Shown here: positions 28,260-38,952 of the stretch, piece by piece
How the letters are laid out: the number at the start of each line of letters is the position of its first letter
How positions within the stretch are numbered: the first letter of the stretch is position 1
NCBI GenBank assembly: GCA_002727315.1
Contig: PBWR01000023.1
Span: 100,722 to 164,721, forward strand
DNA length: 64,000 nt
Source of the DNA: Alphaproteobacteria bacterium
GTDB lineage: Bacteria; Pseudomonadota; Alphaproteobacteria; UBA6615
Reading direction: 5' to 3'
The notes under the pieces: generated by a model
The model's database searches: none
The model's input: only the letters and a program-made list of their open reading frames with translations
Told to the model about the DNA's origin: nothing
Position numbers and translations under genes: made by a program

Positions 28260-28784
28260 TCAAACCCCGTTGGATTCGCTCGAAAGCCCGAGGGATTGGG
28301 CGGTGTTGTCGACCGCCGCGAGGCATGTCTCGGCCCGCTCGGGCGGGATCCAGGCCTCGATCCGGATCACGTAATCCTCTGCCCGTCCTCCGGCGATGCG
28401 CGTGCAGTCCATGCGCACGATATTGGCGCCATAATCGGCGAAGGCTTCGGTCAGGCGCGCCATCAACCCGGGACGGTCGGTGCCGCGCACCTCGACCCGA
28501 TGGGTCACCTGGCCGCTCTCGGCCTGTGCCGTGCCCAGTTCGAACGGGGTGACAGAGATCTCCGCGCCCGCGAGCTCGGGGAGTTGCGCGAGCTCGGCCG
28601 CGACCTCCTCGGCTTCTACATTGTCTGGCATGCGTGCGACCGCTGTGAACTCGGCGGCCTCGCCGAGGACGGCGAAGCTCGCGTCGCCCATGTCCGCGCC
28701 AAGATCGAACATGCGTCCGGCCACCGCGGAAAAAATTCCCGAACGGTCCGGGCAGGAAATCGCGATACGCAGTTCGTGGGCCAT
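28260..28784 (-). CDS. tandem ACT-domain protein (GcvR-like regulatory protein)
   Basis: 174 aa, two ACT-like repeats (ISCPDRSGIFSAVAGRM.. / VRGTDRPGLMARLTEAF..). Confidence 0.6.
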   Translation of the reverse strand: MAHELRIAISCPDRSGIFSAVAGRMFDLGADMGDASFAVLGEAAEFTAVARMPDNVEAEEVAAELAQLPELAGAEISVTPFELGTAQAESGQVTHRVEVRGTDRPGLMARLTEAFADYGANIVRMDCTRIAGGRAEDYVIRIEAWIPPERAETCLAAVDNTAQSLGLSSESNGV

Positions 28785-28801
28785 GGCGGGGTTCCTTTCG
28801 C

Positions 28802-29634
28802 TCAGTCGTCCTGCAGGAGCGCCAGCGCCTCGGCATGTATGCCCGCATCACCGGCGGCCAGCACCGATCCCGGGGAATCAATCGCAAGCGGTTGTCCGTG
28901 CCAGTCCGTGATGGTGCCGCCGGCACCCGTCACGATGACGGCGTGGGAAAGATAGTCATAGGGCGCATGCCGGATTCGGCCGCGACGTCTGTTTGGCCCG
29001 AAGCCACCATCGCGTAGGCCCAGGCATCGGTGCCGAAGCGGGTGTCCCGGACCGTGGCCTTCAGGCGCGCATAGCGGGCCGCGTCGGCCGCGTCGAACAT
29101 GTCCGGCGAGGTGGTGCACAGGCGTGCGTTGGCCAGCGCGGTGCACGACCTGACCTTGGGCGGGCTGCTTTCCTTGTTGCCGTACCAGTGGCGCGTGGGC
29201 GCGCCGGCGACCCCCAGCCACCGTTCGGCGAGCGCCGGATAGGCATTCAGGCCAAGGACGGGTTTGCCGTCACGGACCAGCGCGATGAGTGTTGCAAACA
29301 AGGGGATACCGTTGACGAACGCCCGGGTGCCGTCGATCGGGTCGAGGACCCAGACATTTTCTGCATCGACCCTTTCGCTGCCATGTTCCTCGCCGAGGAT
29401 GCCGTGATCGGGATAGGTCTCGGCGATTAGCGCGCGCATCGCCGCCTCGGCTTCCCGGTCCGCCTTGGTGACCGGGCTGGCGTCGTCCTTGAGCTCGATA
29501 TCGAAATCCGTCCGAAAATAACGCAATGCGGCTGCACTGGCCGCGTCGGCCAGACGGTGGGCAAAGGTCTCGAGTTCTGGGTCGATAGGGTCGGCCACGC
29601 CGGCAGTCTCCACAAATGCAAAGCGGCGCATCAC
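28802..29634 (-). pseudogene. inositol monophosphatase-family / histidinol-phosphatase (HisN-like) gene with a -1 frameshift
   Basis: N-part (DPIDGT, frame ending ..ESGMRPMTIFPTPSS*) and C-part (YDYLSHAVIVTGAGGTITDWHGQPL) are in different frames. Junction at cgccc|tatgac (forward G/C run ~28958-28962). One extra C restores a ~277-aa protein. Confidence 0.65.
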
Positions 29635-29671
29635 GCGCCGCCTTGAACTTACTGTGTGTTGCCTGTGCCCG

Positions 29672-30211
29672 CTACTGCGACGGAATCGGGAACGGTGCGT
29701 CCGCGTTGGCCCGCAGATAGGCGATGATGTTCGCGCGATCCTTGACGCTCTTGACCCCCGCGAAGTTCATCTTGGTACCCTTCATGAACTCCTTGGGCTT
29801 GGTCAGGAATGCGTTCAGTTCGGGGTAGGACCACTGGCCGGCCATCGAGGTGAGGGCGTTGGAGTAGCTGAAGCCTGAGGTCAAACCTTTGTTGGCGCCC
29901 ACGATACCGTACAGGTTGGGGCCGATCTTGTTGGCGCCGCCCTTGTTCACGGTGTGGCATGTGGCGCAGCGCTTGAAGGCCTTTTCGCCGGCGGCCGCGT
30001 CGGCCGAAGCGAGAAGCGGAATGACGGGTTCGATGACCCGCGCCACAGGTGCCGCAGCGACCTGGGCCTGGCTCTCGCCGGTATCGACCTTGTACGCGTT
30101 CTCGACCAGATGTTCGGCGTGCGTCGCTTCGTTGATGACGATGCCGATTCCCAGCGCAACCGTCGATGCCACGAGGACCGCGCCCCATACCTTGTAAAAC
30201 TCGCCACCCAT
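29672..30211 (-). CDS. membrane-anchored c-type cytochrome
   Basis: N-terminal TM helix, CATCH haem-binding motif, cytochrome c2/c552-like C-domain. Start at MGGEFYKVW. Confidence 0.75.
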   Translation of the reverse strand: MGGEFYKVWGAVLVASTVALGIGIVINEATHAEHLVENAYKVDTGESQAQVAAAPVARVIEPVIPLLASADAAAGEKAFKRCATCHTVNKGGANKIGPNLYGIVGANKGLTSGFSYSNALTSMAGQWSYPELNAFLTKPKEFMKGTKMNFAGVKSVKDRANIIAYLRANADAPFPIPSQ

Positions 30212-30470
30212 AGGTCGTATTCCCCGCTTTAATCGGATCGAATAGCGGGCGGAATGTCCCGCGCGCCGCGAATTTAGCGAGCGCACCGCCCCCTGTCCAC
30301 GGCCCCCCGGGACGAGGTGATGGTTTCGTTCGCGTGGTTTGAGATATATCTTTCGTCTTGCCCCTCGGCCAGCGTCGATCTGGGGTTCGCGGCATTAGGT
30401 CGCAGCGCATGATACGGAGCCTGAAACCCTGTCGAATCAAGAAGTTCGGCGTACCGCGCCAACCAATCCG

Positions 30471-31190
30471 GTGGTTCTGATTCCCGCCCGCATGGCCTCG
30501 ACCCGCCTGCCGGGGAAACCGCTCGCCGATATCCATGGCCAGTCGATGATTGTCCATTGCTTGCGCCGCGCCGAAGAGGCGGAGGTGGGCCCGGTCGTTG
30601 TGGCTTGCGCCGAGGCGGAAATCGCCGGTTCGGTTGAGGCGGCAGGGGGCCGCGCGGTGATGACCGAACCGGACCTGCCTTCGGGTTCGGACCGGATTCA
30701 GGCCGCCCTGATGGCGTTCGACCCGGACGGCCAGTACGACGCCGTGGTCAATCTGCAGGGCGACCTGCCGACCCTCGATCCGGCGATCGTGCGGGCGACC
30801 GTGGATGTGTTGCGTGATGCTTCGGTCGATATATCCACCGCGGTGTGCGCCATCACCGAGGAGGCCGAGCGCGACAATCCGAACGTGGTCAAGGCCGTGC
30901 TGTCATGCGCCGAGGGTGCCCGGACGGGCCGGGCGCTCTACTTCAGCCGGGCGACGGTCCCCACCGGCCCCGGCGATCATTTCCACCATATCGGCCTGTA
31001 TGCCTATCGCCGTGCGGCGCTCGAGCGGTTTGTGACCTTGCCGGCCAGCCCGCTGGAACAACGCGAGAAACTTGAACAGTTACGGGCGCTTGAGGCGGGT
31101 ATGCGGATCGATGCGGCATGCGTTGACACTGTTCCGCTCGGTGTCGATACTCCCGCCGACCTTGAACGCGCGCGGGCATTGCTGGCATAG
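30471..31190 (+). CDS. kdsB: 3-deoxy-manno-octulosonate cytidylyltransferase (CMP-KDO synthetase)
   Basis: [22 protein letters not shown].. signature. GTG start. Confidence 0.85.
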   Translation: MVLIPARMASTRLPGKPLADIHGQSMIVHCLRRAEEAEVGPVVVACAEAEIAGSVEAAGGRAVMTEPDLPSGSDRIQAALMAFDPDGQYDAVVNLQGDLPTLDPAIVRATVDVLRDASVDISTAVCAITEEAERDNPNVVKAVLSCAEGARTGRALYFSRATVPTGPGDHFHHIGLYAYRRAALERFVTLPASPLEQREKLEQLRALEAGMRIDAACVDTVPLGVDTPADLERARALLA

Positions 31191-31226
31191 CAGGCTCGCG
31201 CGTTTTTTCGGAAAGCACCCGGAAAC

Positions 31227-32096
31227 ATGACCGATACGAACCAGCAGGCCGGCGATCCGGCCACGACCATCGCCTACCAGGGTGTCCCTGGCGCCAACTC
31301 GCACATCGCGTGCCAGCAGGCGTTCCCGGACATGACCCCGCTTGCCTGTGCGTCGTTCGAGGATGCCTTCGCCGCGGTCGAGACCGAGAACTGCGCCGCG
31401 ATGGCGATGATTCCCATCGAGAACTCCCTGGGCGGCCGGGTGGCCGACATTCATCACCTGCTGCCCGAATCGACCCTCTACATCATGCGCGAGCATTATC
31501 TGGACGTGCAGTACCAGCTGCTCGGCACGAAGGATGCGAGCCTCGACGGCCTGGAGGAGGTGCGCAGCCATCCCCAGGCGCTCGCACAGTGCCGCGAGCA
31601 GTTGGCGCAGCTGGGTGTGCGAACGCTCGCGCGGGCCGACACGGCGGGCTCGGCCAAGGAAATCGCCGAACTGGGCGATCCGAAAATCGGCGCGCTGGCG
31701 CCATCCCTGGCCGGCGAGATCTACGATCTCCAGGTGCTGCGCTCACACTTCGAGGACCGGATCGGCAACACCACGCGTTTTGTCGTCCTTTCGCGCGCGC
31801 GCCGGGATCCCGATCCGAACGACGGGCCGTGTATCACGTCACTGATCTTCGAGGTGCGGTCGGTGCCGGCTGCGCTCTACAAGGCGCTGGGCGGGTTCGC
31901 GACCAACGGAGTCAACATCACGAAGCTTGAAAGCTACATCTCCGGAGAACGCTTCTCAGTGGCCCGGTTCTATGCCGAGATCGCGGGCCATCCGGCCGAT
32001 CCGGCGGTCAACCAGGCGTTCGAGGAACTGAACTATTTCTCGAAGAATGTCCGGGTGCTCGGCGTCTTCCCGGCGGACGATTACCGCAACCACTAG
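31227..32096 (+). CDS. pheA: prephenate dehydratase
   Basis: 289 aa, PDT domain (IAYQGVPGANSHIA..) plus C-terminal ACT domain (ITSLIFEV..). Confidence 0.85.
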   Translation: MTDTNQQAGDPATTIAYQGVPGANSHIACQQAFPDMTPLACASFEDAFAAVETENCAAMAMIPIENSLGGRVADIHHLLPESTLYIMREHYLDVQYQLLGTKDASLDGLEEVRSHPQALAQCREQLAQLGVRTLARADTAGSAKEIAELGDPKIGALAPSLAGEIYDLQVLRSHFEDRIGNTTRFVVLSRARRDPDPNDGPCITSLIFEVRSVPAALYKALGGFATNGVNITKLESYISGERFSVARFYAEIAGHPADPAVNQAFEELNYFSKNVRVLGVFPADDYRNH

Positions 32097-32111
32097 AAGA
32101 CGTAGTGGGGA

Positions 32112-33023
32112 TTAGTCCTCGGCCAGCCATTCCTCGATCAGGCGCCTGGCGATCGAGTCTGGCCGCGGCAGCTGCACGTCGGATTCCGGCGTGATGGCCT
32201 TCAGCTCGGCGCGCGACAGCCATTCGGCCGACAGCAATTCCTTCTCGTCGATGGTCAGTTCCGTGTCGAGCGCCCGGGCGCGGAATCCGACCATCAGCGA
32301 GGATGGAAACGGCCAGGGCTGCGAGTGCTGGTACTCGACGTCGGTCACCCGCACGCCAACTTCTTCGTAGACCTCGCGCGCGACGCAATCTTCCAGCGTC
32401 TCACCGGGTTCGAGAAAGCCTGCGAGGACGGACTGCATGCGGCCCTGGAACCGGGGTGCCTTGCCAAGGATGATCCGGTCCTCATCGTAGATCAGCATGA
32501 TGCACGCGACATCGGTGCGCGGGAAGTGGACCGAATTGCATTCGCTGTCGGTGCACCGGCGCTGGTGCCCGGCCGATTCGCTGCGGGTGGGTGCGCCACA
32601 CACGCCACAATATTTGTGGCGCTGGTGCCAGTAGTTGATGCCGCGCGCATAGGCCAGCAGGTTGCCTTGCTCGTGCCCGATATACGGTCCGACCTTGCGC
32701 AAATCTTCGAACATGCCGGCAGCGCCCAGCACCTCGTGTTCATGCGGGTCCTCGATATGGCTGACATCGAGGGTGAAGTAGGCGACCCCATCGACCAGAC
32801 CGAGCAGGATCGGATCTGCATGGTTGGTCTGCAGCCTCTCGATCTGACTGACGTCAAGGACAGCGGCTTCGACAGTATCTCCGCTGACGACCAGATTGTG
32901 CAGCTGCCAGACCGGCAACAGACAGCTGGTCCCGTTCGACAATTGGCCGGACAGCCAGTCGGAATCGTTGCGCAGATGAGAGACGCGGTCGAGATATTCG
33001 CTGGAATAGAAGTTTCGGCGCAC
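32112..33023 (-). CDS. nudC: NAD+ diphosphatase (NADH pyrophosphatase), Nudix
   Basis: Zn-ribbon CGVCGAP..C..C plus Nudix box GFLEPGETLEDCVAREVYEEVGV. Confidence 0.85.
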   Translation of the reverse strand: MRRNFYSSEYLDRVSHLRNDSDWLSGQLSNGTSCLLPVWQLHNLVVSGDTVEAAVLDVSQIERLQTNHADPILLGLVDGVAYFTLDVSHIEDPHEHEVLGAAGMFEDLRKVGPYIGHEQGNLLAYARGINYWHQRHKYCGVCGAPTRSESAGHQRRCTDSECNSVHFPRTDVACIMLIYDEDRIILGKAPRFQGRMQSVLAGFLEPGETLEDCVAREVYEEVGVRVTDVEYQHSQPWPFPSSLMVGFRARALDTELTIDEKELLSAEWLSRAELKAITPESDVQLPRPDSIARRLIEEWLAED

Positions 33024-33149
33024 CGTGGGGCCTTCGGCAATTCTTTCAGACGCGGATGGGGGCGTAACCTGTCACAGCTGAACATCTGTGGAAAGTGCAG
33101 GAAATTGCGGCTTTGGCTGTTGTTTATCGGGCCGCCCGATCTGATATAG

Positions 33150-33240
33150 TGCCTTCGGGAGGCCGGGCGGACGGGCGTCTCGCCAACCCGGTCAGGTCCG
33201 GAAGGAAGCAGCCGTAACGAGTTTCGCCCGGGTCGCATTC
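33150..33240 (+). ncRNA. ffs: signal recognition particle RNA (4.5S / ffs); ends approximate
   Basis: Universally conserved domain IV motif GGTCAGGTCCGGAAGGAAGCAGCC at 33190-33213. Closing helix CCGGGCG...CGCCCGG. Conserved ffs-dnaX synteny. Confidence 0.65.
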
Positions 33241-33314
33241 AACCGGTCTCCCACTTCGAACACCGAATCGGATATTGGTGGTTGAGCCAATGTTCCGGGG
33301 ACACGAGACCGTCC

Positions 33315-35285
33315 ATGACCGCCGACCTCGAAGACCAGCCGGGTGAGACGCCGATGGCGGACTCGGACGAGTCTTCCGACGGCAGCCCCACCATCGACGA
33401 TCCCAACCAGTCGAGCTTTCTCGACGGCGGCGACGATGCGCCCGCGCCGGCTGCGCCCGAACCTCCGGCACAGGAAGCCCCGCCGCCGTCCGCTCCGCCC
33501 GCCACGGCGGGTGATGACAAGGGCGACGCGCCCGACTATCAGGTGCTCGCCCGCAAGTACCGGCCGCAGGGTTTCGACGAGCTGATCGGTCAGGAGGCGC
33601 TGGTGCGCACCTTGACGAACGCTTTTGAGCTCGACCGAGTGGCCCACGCGTTCATCCTGACCGGTGTTCGCGGGGTGGGAAAAACGACGACGGCACGGAT
33701 CATCGCCAAGTGCCTGAATGCCGCGGACGGCCCGACGATTACGCCCGACCCCGGTGACGAGCAATGCGTGGCCATCGCCGAGGACCGCCATCCCGACGTG
33801 ATCGAGGTCGATGCCGCCAGCCGGACGGGCGTCGACGATATCCGCGAGATTCTCGATGGTGTGCGCTACCGGCCGGTGTTCGGGCGCTACAAGGTCTACA
33901 TCGTCGACGAAGTCCACATGCTGTCGCGCCAGGCCTTCAACGCACTGCTCAAGACGCTGGAAGAACCGCCAGAGCATGTGAAGTTCATCTTTGCGACCAC
34001 GGAGATCCGCAAGGTGCCGGTCACGGTGCTGTCACGTTGTCAGCGATTCGATTTGCGGCGGATCAACGCCGAGGAACTAATCACCCATTTCGCCGGGATC
34101 GCCGACGCCGAGGGCGCGAAGCTAGAAGACGGCGCACTGCGCCTGATCGCGCGTGCGGCCGATGGCTCGGTGCGCGACGGTCTCTCGCTGCTCGATCAGG
34201 CGATTTCCGCATACTGTTCGGGCGGGGGAACGGCGCGCGAGGAAGATATCCGGACGATGCTGGGCACGGCCGACAGCGCCGCCGTGTTCGACATTTTCGA
34301 AGCCCTGATAGCGGGGCGTATCGCTGATGCCCTTGATGGTCTGGGCACGCTGCATGATTCCGGTGCCGACCCGCTGTTCGTCCTCCAGGATTTGCTGGAG
34401 CTGAGCCACTGGGTCACGCGGGTGAAGCTGGTGCCGAAAGCCGCCGATGACGCGTCGGTATCGGAACTGGAACGCACCCGCGGGCAGGCCATGGCCGAAA
34501 CCCTGAGTGTCGCGGTGTTGTCGCGGGCCTGGCAGATGCTGCTCAAGGGTGTTGGAGAGGTGCAGCGAGCCCCCTCGGCGATGCCCGCGGCGGAAATGGT
34601 GCTGATCCGGCTGGCCCACGCGGCCAATCTTCCCTCGCCCGCCGATATCATCAAGCAGCTGGAAGGCGATGCGGGTAAACCGGCGGCCGCGCCGACGCCG
34701 GATACGACCGGCGACGCGGCACCGCCGCCACCCTCGAACGGCGGTGCGACGGCGGTTTCCAATGCGGGTGGCGCGGACAGTGTGGCAGCGGCGGCGCAAA
34801 GCGAACCGGTTCCCGAGGAGGCGCCGGCGCCCGATATGGCGCCGCAGGCGAACCTTGATCCCAAGTCCTTTCGCGCCCTCGTCGATCTGTTCGCCGAGCG
34901 CCGGGAGATCGCCCTGCGGGGTCACCTGTACGAAAATGTCCATCTGGTGACCTATGAGCCCGGCCGTCTGGAATTCCGGCAGAACGACAACGCCCCCCGC
35001 GATCTCGCGGGCCAGGTTCTCAACCTGATGCGCGATTGGTGCGGCAGCCATTGGCAGGTCAGTGTGTCGGGCGCCGAAGGCGAGCCGACGCTGGCGCAAC
35101 AGGATGCGGCGGCGGAGGCTTCTGCCTATCGCGAGGCGGCCGAGCACCCGGCGGTGCGCGCCGCGCTCGAGGCCTTTCCCGGTGCGCAGATCGAAAAGGT
35201 CGAGGCCCGGGACCTGACAGCGGATGCAACCTTGCCCGATGCGGCGCCGGCCGATATCGACGATGACATTGGGGACGATGAATGA
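33315..35285 (+). CDS. dnaX: DNA polymerase III subunits gamma/tau
   Basis: AAA+ Walker A GVRGVGKTT, clamp-loader boxes, Pro/Ala-rich tau linker. Start uncertain (TTG 33282, ATG 33315 or ATG 33354). Confidence 0.85.
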   Translation: MTADLEDQPGETPMADSDESSDGSPTIDDPNQSSFLDGGDDAPAPAAPEPPAQEAPPPSAPPATAGDDKGDAPDYQVLARKYRPQGFDELIGQEALVRTLTNAFELDRVAHAFILTGVRGVGKTTTARIIAKCLNAADGPTITPDPGDEQCVAIAEDRHPDVIEVDAASRTGVDDIREILDGVRYRPVFGRYKVYIVDEVHMLSRQAFNALLKTLEEPPEHVKFIFATTEIRKVPVTVLSRCQRFDLRRINAEELITHFAGIADAEGAKLEDGALRLIARAADGSVRDGLSLLDQAISAYCSGGGTAREEDIRTMLGTADSAAVFDIFEALIAGRIADALDGLGTLHDSGADPLFVLQDLLELSHWVTRVKLVPKAADDASVSELERTRGQAMAETLSVAVLSRAWQMLLKGVGEVQRAPSAMPAAEMVLIRLAHAANLPSPADIIKQLEGDAGKPAAAPTPDTTGDAAPPPPSNGGATAVSNAGGADSVAAAAQSEPVPEEAPAPDMAPQANLDPKSFRALVDLFAERREIALRGHLYENVHLVTYEPGRLEFRQNDNAPRDLAGQVLNLMRDWCGSHWQVSVSGAEGEPTLAQQDAAAEASAYREAAEHPAVRAALEAFPGAQIEKVEARDLTADATLPDAAPADIDDDIGDDE

Positions 35286-35611
35286 AGAACCTTGGTCAGC
35301 TGATGAAGCAGGCGCAGGAGATGCAGGCCAAGATGGCCGAGATGCAGGAACGTCTTGCGGAGATCACGATCGAGGGGACGGCGGGCGCCGGCATGGTGAC
35401 CGTGGCGCTGAACGGGAAGGGCGAAATGAAGGGGCTCAAGATCGACCCTGCGCTGATGAACCCCGATGAAGCCGAGATCGTCGAGGACCTGATCATTGCC
35501 GCACATGCCGATGCCAAGGCGAAATCCGAGCAGCGCATGGCCGACGAGATGAAGGAACTGACCGGCGGGCTCGACCTGCCGCCGGGCTTCAATCTGCCGT
35601 TCGGCGGCTAG
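35282..35611 (+). CDS. ybaB: nucleoid-associated protein YbaB/EbfC
   Basis: 109 aa, [25 protein letters not shown].., overlaps the dnaX stop (ATGA). Confidence 0.9.
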   Translation: MKNLGQLMKQAQEMQAKMAEMQERLAEITIEGTAGAGMVTVALNGKGEMKGLKIDPALMNPDEAEIVEDLIIAAHADAKAKSEQRMADEMKELTGGLDLPPGFNLPFGG

Positions 35612-35625
35612 CGCTTAGCGGTCAC

Positions 35626-36219
35626 GTGTCCACACCGGAAATCGAACGGCTCGTCGATCTGCTGGCGAAGCTGCCGGGGCTCGGCCCCCGGTCTGCGCGC
35701 CGCGCCGCGCTGTACCTGATCAAGCGGCCCGGGCAGCTGATGCAACCGCTGGCCGAGGCGCTTTCGGGTGCCGCCGGCGCGATCCGCAACTGCAGCAATT
35801 GCGGCAATATCGATTCCGTCGACCCCTGCCGTGTGTGCGCCGACCACGAACGCGACCGCAGCGTGATTTGCGTGATCGAGGATGTGGCCGATCTTTGGGC
35901 ATTGGAACGCACGGCCTCGTTCGGCGGTCTGTATCACGTCCTCGGGGGGACCCTGTCGGCCCTCGACGGGGTCGGCCCCGACGATCTGAACATCGGCAAG
36001 CTGGTCGACCGCGCTCGCTCCGATGTGGTCTTGGAAGTGATCCTGGCGACCAACGCGACCGTCGCCGGGCAGACGACGTCCCACTACATCACCGAGCGGC
36101 TCGCCGATGCCGAAGTGAAGGTCTCGCGCCTGGCCCACGGAGTACCGGTCGGCGGAGAGCTGGATTATCTGGATGACGGGACGCTGACCGCGGCGCTCAA
36201 GAGCCGGCGCGAGGTCTGA
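35626..36219 (+). CDS. recR: recombination protein RecR
   Basis: C4 zinc finger CSNCGN..C..C plus Toprim domain. Confidence 0.9.
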   Translation: MSTPEIERLVDLLAKLPGLGPRSARRAALYLIKRPGQLMQPLAEALSGAAGAIRNCSNCGNIDSVDPCRVCADHERDRSVICVIEDVADLWALERTASFGGLYHVLGGTLSALDGVGPDDLNIGKLVDRARSDVVLEVILATNATVAGQTTSHYITERLADAEVKVSRLAHGVPVGGELDYLDDGTLTAALKSRREV

Positions 36220-36222
36220 GCG

Positions 36223-37350
36223 CTAGTCGACCGAACGCAATAGCGGGGGCTCGTCGAACGTGTCCTCGATAGCATCCTCGACCGAAGATGCATCGTCACC
36301 GTCGAGCTGAATGTTCTCGATTCTCTTCCCGCGGTTCTCGACCTTGTCGGCCGAGATGCGGATGTCCTTGATGTCCTTCTCGGCAAGCTCGAAATGCTTT
36401 TCCAGGTGACCAACCCGCTTATTCAGCCGGTCGACGTCCTGGAGCATCGTCAGGACTTCTGTCTGGATGATCCCGGCGGCCTCCTTCATGCGGACGTCCT
36501 TCATGACCGCCCGCATGGTGTTCAACAGCGCCCAGAGCGTCGTCGGCGAGACGATGAAGACCTTCGCTCGGTGCGCAGCATCGACGGAATTTCCGAAGTT
36601 TGCATGCAACTCGGCGTAGACCGATTCCGACGGCAGGAACATCAGGGCCGCATCGGCGGTCTCGCCGGGCACGATGTATTTCTCCGCAATTGCCTTCACA
36701 TGGATGGCGACATCGCGCCGGAAGGCGCGCTCGGCCTCTTTCTTCTCCGCGTCGGTCTCCGCCGCCTGGAGCTGTCGCCAGGCTTCGAGCGGAAACTTCG
36801 CGTCGACGACGATTGGTCCCGGCGGATTGGGCAGGTTCAACATACAATCCGCACGCTTCCCGTCCTTCAGGGTCGCCTGGAAGGTATAGCTGTCCGGCGG
36901 CATCGCCGATTCGACCAGATCCTGCAGCTGAACTTCCCCGAAGGCACCGCGTGCCTGCTTGTTGGATAGGATCTCCTGGAGCCCGACGACCTGGGATGAC
37001 AGCTCGGTCAGGTTTTTCTGCGCCGTGTCGATGCGCACCAGGCGCTCCTTGAGCTCATCCAGCGAGGTCTTCTGGGTCTTGTTGGTCTTCTCCAGCGTCT
37101 CGTTGATCCGTCCGGTCAGGTGTTGCAGCCGGTCGTCGACCGACTTGGCGAGCGCGCGCTCCTGGGCCTGCAGCGTCTGGGCGAATTGCGCTTGCTGGGC
37201 GGCCTGGGCCTCTGTCATCTGGGACAGGCGTTCGGCGAGCGCCGATATATCGCCGCTATTGTCGGGCCGGGAGCGCAGCAGGAGTGTGGCTGCGAGCGCG
37301 GTCACACCAACGGCGCCGACCACGATTGCGATCAGCACAAGAATATCCAT
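36223..37350 (-). CDS. rmuC: DNA recombination protein RmuC
   Basis: 375 aa, N-terminal TM helix, coiled-coil, RmuC C-domain. Confidence 0.85.
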   Translation of the reverse strand: MDILVLIAIVVGAVGVTALAATLLLRSRPDNSGDISALAERLSQMTEAQAAQQAQFAQTLQAQERALAKSVDDRLQHLTGRINETLEKTNKTQKTSLDELKERLVRIDTAQKNLTELSSQVVGLQEILSNKQARGAFGEVQLQDLVESAMPPDSYTFQATLKDGKRADCMLNLPNPPGPIVVDAKFPLEAWRQLQAAETDAEKKEAERAFRRDVAIHVKAIAEKYIVPGETADAALMFLPSESVYAELHANFGNSVDAAHRAKVFIVSPTTLWALLNTMRAVMKDVRMKEAAGIIQTEVLTMLQDVDRLNKRVGHLEKHFELAEKDIKDIRISADKVENRGKRIENIQLDGDDASSVEDAIEDTFDEPPLLRSVD

Positions 37351-37476
37351 ACCGACATTCTAACCCCTGGGGCGGAGTCGCGATGTCACCGGCCGGCCGC
37401 CTTGACGGCGCATGCCGGAAGCCATAGGTAACGGCCCGAAACACCCCGATTATCCGTACTTTCGAAGGTTGTATCG

Positions 37477-37989
37477 ATGGCCAAGCTGCCAATCGTTCTC
37501 GCGCCGGACCCGGTGCTGAAACAGACATGCAAACCGGTCGAGGCGGTCGGCGATGATGTGCGCCAGATGCTCGACGACATGCTGGAGACTATGTATGCGG
37601 CGCCGGGGATCGGCCTGTCGGCGCCCCAGGTTGCCGATGACCGACGCCTGATCGTGTGCGATGTCGCGCGCGAGGATGAGCCGCCGCAGCCCTATCGCAT
37701 GGTTAATCCGGCAATCGTGTGGCGGTCGGCCGACCGGGTCGTGGCCGCGGAGGGCTGTCTCAGCATTCCGGATCATTATGCCGAGGTGTCCCGGGCGCGC
37801 GAGATTCGCGTCGCATTTCTCGACTCCGAGGGAAGCAATCAGGAAATCGAGGCCGACGGGCTTCTCGCGGCCTGCATCCAGCACGAGATCGATCATCTCG
37901 ACGGAATTCTGTTCATCGATTATCTGTCGTCCCTGAAACGGAACATCATTCTTCGCAAGATGCAGAAGTTGAAGCGGCAGCAGAACTAG
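37477..37989 (+). CDS. def: peptide deformylase
   Basis: Motifs GIGLSAPQV, EGCLS, QHEIDHLDG. Confidence 0.95.
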   Translation: MAKLPIVLAPDPVLKQTCKPVEAVGDDVRQMLDDMLETMYAAPGIGLSAPQVADDRRLIVCDVAREDEPPQPYRMVNPAIVWRSADRVVAAEGCLSIPDHYAEVSRAREIRVAFLDSEGSNQEIEADGLLAACIQHEIDHLDGILFIDYLSSLKRNIILRKMQKLKRQQN

Positions 37990-38037
37990 ACGGAGCAACG
38001 CCGGCGGGCGTTTCCAGGCTTTGAAGCGACAGCGACC

Positions 38038-38952
38038 ATGCGCATAGCCTTTCTTGGCACCCCGGATTTCTCGGTTCCGGCCTTCGACGCGCTGTTGACG
38101 GCCGGGCACGAGGTGGCGTGCGTCTACACCCAGCCCCCGCGGCCGGCCGGGCGCGGGCACGCGGAACGGAAATCGCCGGTGCACGAACATGCCGAAGCTG
38201 CGGGGATCGAGGTGCGGACACCCGCCAACCTCAAGAGCGAGGCCTACCAGGAGGCGTTCGCCGCGCTCGGGCTGGACGCTGCTGTGGTCGTGGCCTACGG
38301 GTTGATCCTGCCGAAACCGATCCTTGAGGCGCCACGGCTGGGTTGCATCAACATCCACGCCTCGCTGCTGCCGCGCTGGCGCGGTGCGGCCCCGATCCAG
38401 CGCGCCATACTTGCTGGTGACGAGGAGACGGGCGTCACGATCATGCAAATGGACGAAGGCCTGGATACGGGCCCCGAGCTGCTGCGCGAGGCACTGCCGA
38501 TCGCCGCGGATATGACAGCCGGCGATCTGCATGATGCACTGGCCGAATTGGGCGGGCGCCTGATCGTGGTGGCACTGGCGGAACTGGAAGCCGGGACCGC
38601 TGCTCCGCAGCCGCAGGTCGACGGCGGGGCGACCTATGCCGGCAAGATCGTGCGCGGCGAGGAACGCATGGACTGGTCATTGCCGTCTGCCGTGCTGGAA
38701 CGTCATGTGCGCGCCTTCGGGCCGTGGCCGGGCGCCTGGTTCGAACTGGACGGGGAACGGATCAAGGTGCTGGCGGCGGAACCGGCCCCGGGAAGCGGTG
38801 AGCCCGGGACGGTCCTGGACGACGCGTTGACGGTCGCGTGCGGGGATGGCGCCCTGCGCCTGATGCAGGTCCAGCGAGCCGGGCGGGCCGCGATGGCGGC
38901 CGGCGATTTCCTGCGCGGCCACCCGGTGGCAGCGGGCAGTGTCCTGCAATGA
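38038..38952 (+). CDS. fmt: methionyl-tRNA formyltransferase
   Basis: [12 protein letters not shown].., [15 protein letters not shown]. Confidence 0.9.
   Translation: MRIAFLGTPDFSVPAFDALLTAGHEVACVYTQPPRPAGRGHAERKSPVHEHAEAAGIEVRTPANLKSEAYQEAFAALGLDAAVVVAYGLILPKPILEAPRLGCINIHASLLPRWRGAAPIQRAILAGDEETGVTIMQMDEGLDTGPELLREALPIAADMTAGDLHDALAELGGRLIVVALAELEAGTAAPQPQVDGGATYAGKIVRGEERMDWSLPSAVLERHVRAFGPWPGAWFELDGERIKVLAAEPAPGSGEPGTVLDDALTVACGDGALRLMQVQRAGRAAMAAGDFLRGHPVAAGSVLQ

Noticed and set aside
33282-33314. Tool-predicted dnaX start (TTG at 33282)
   Set aside because: It would put the start ~45 nt after the SRP RNA end with no SD. The ATG at 33315 or 33354 is more plausible. It is kept as an uncertainty rather than a separate feature.
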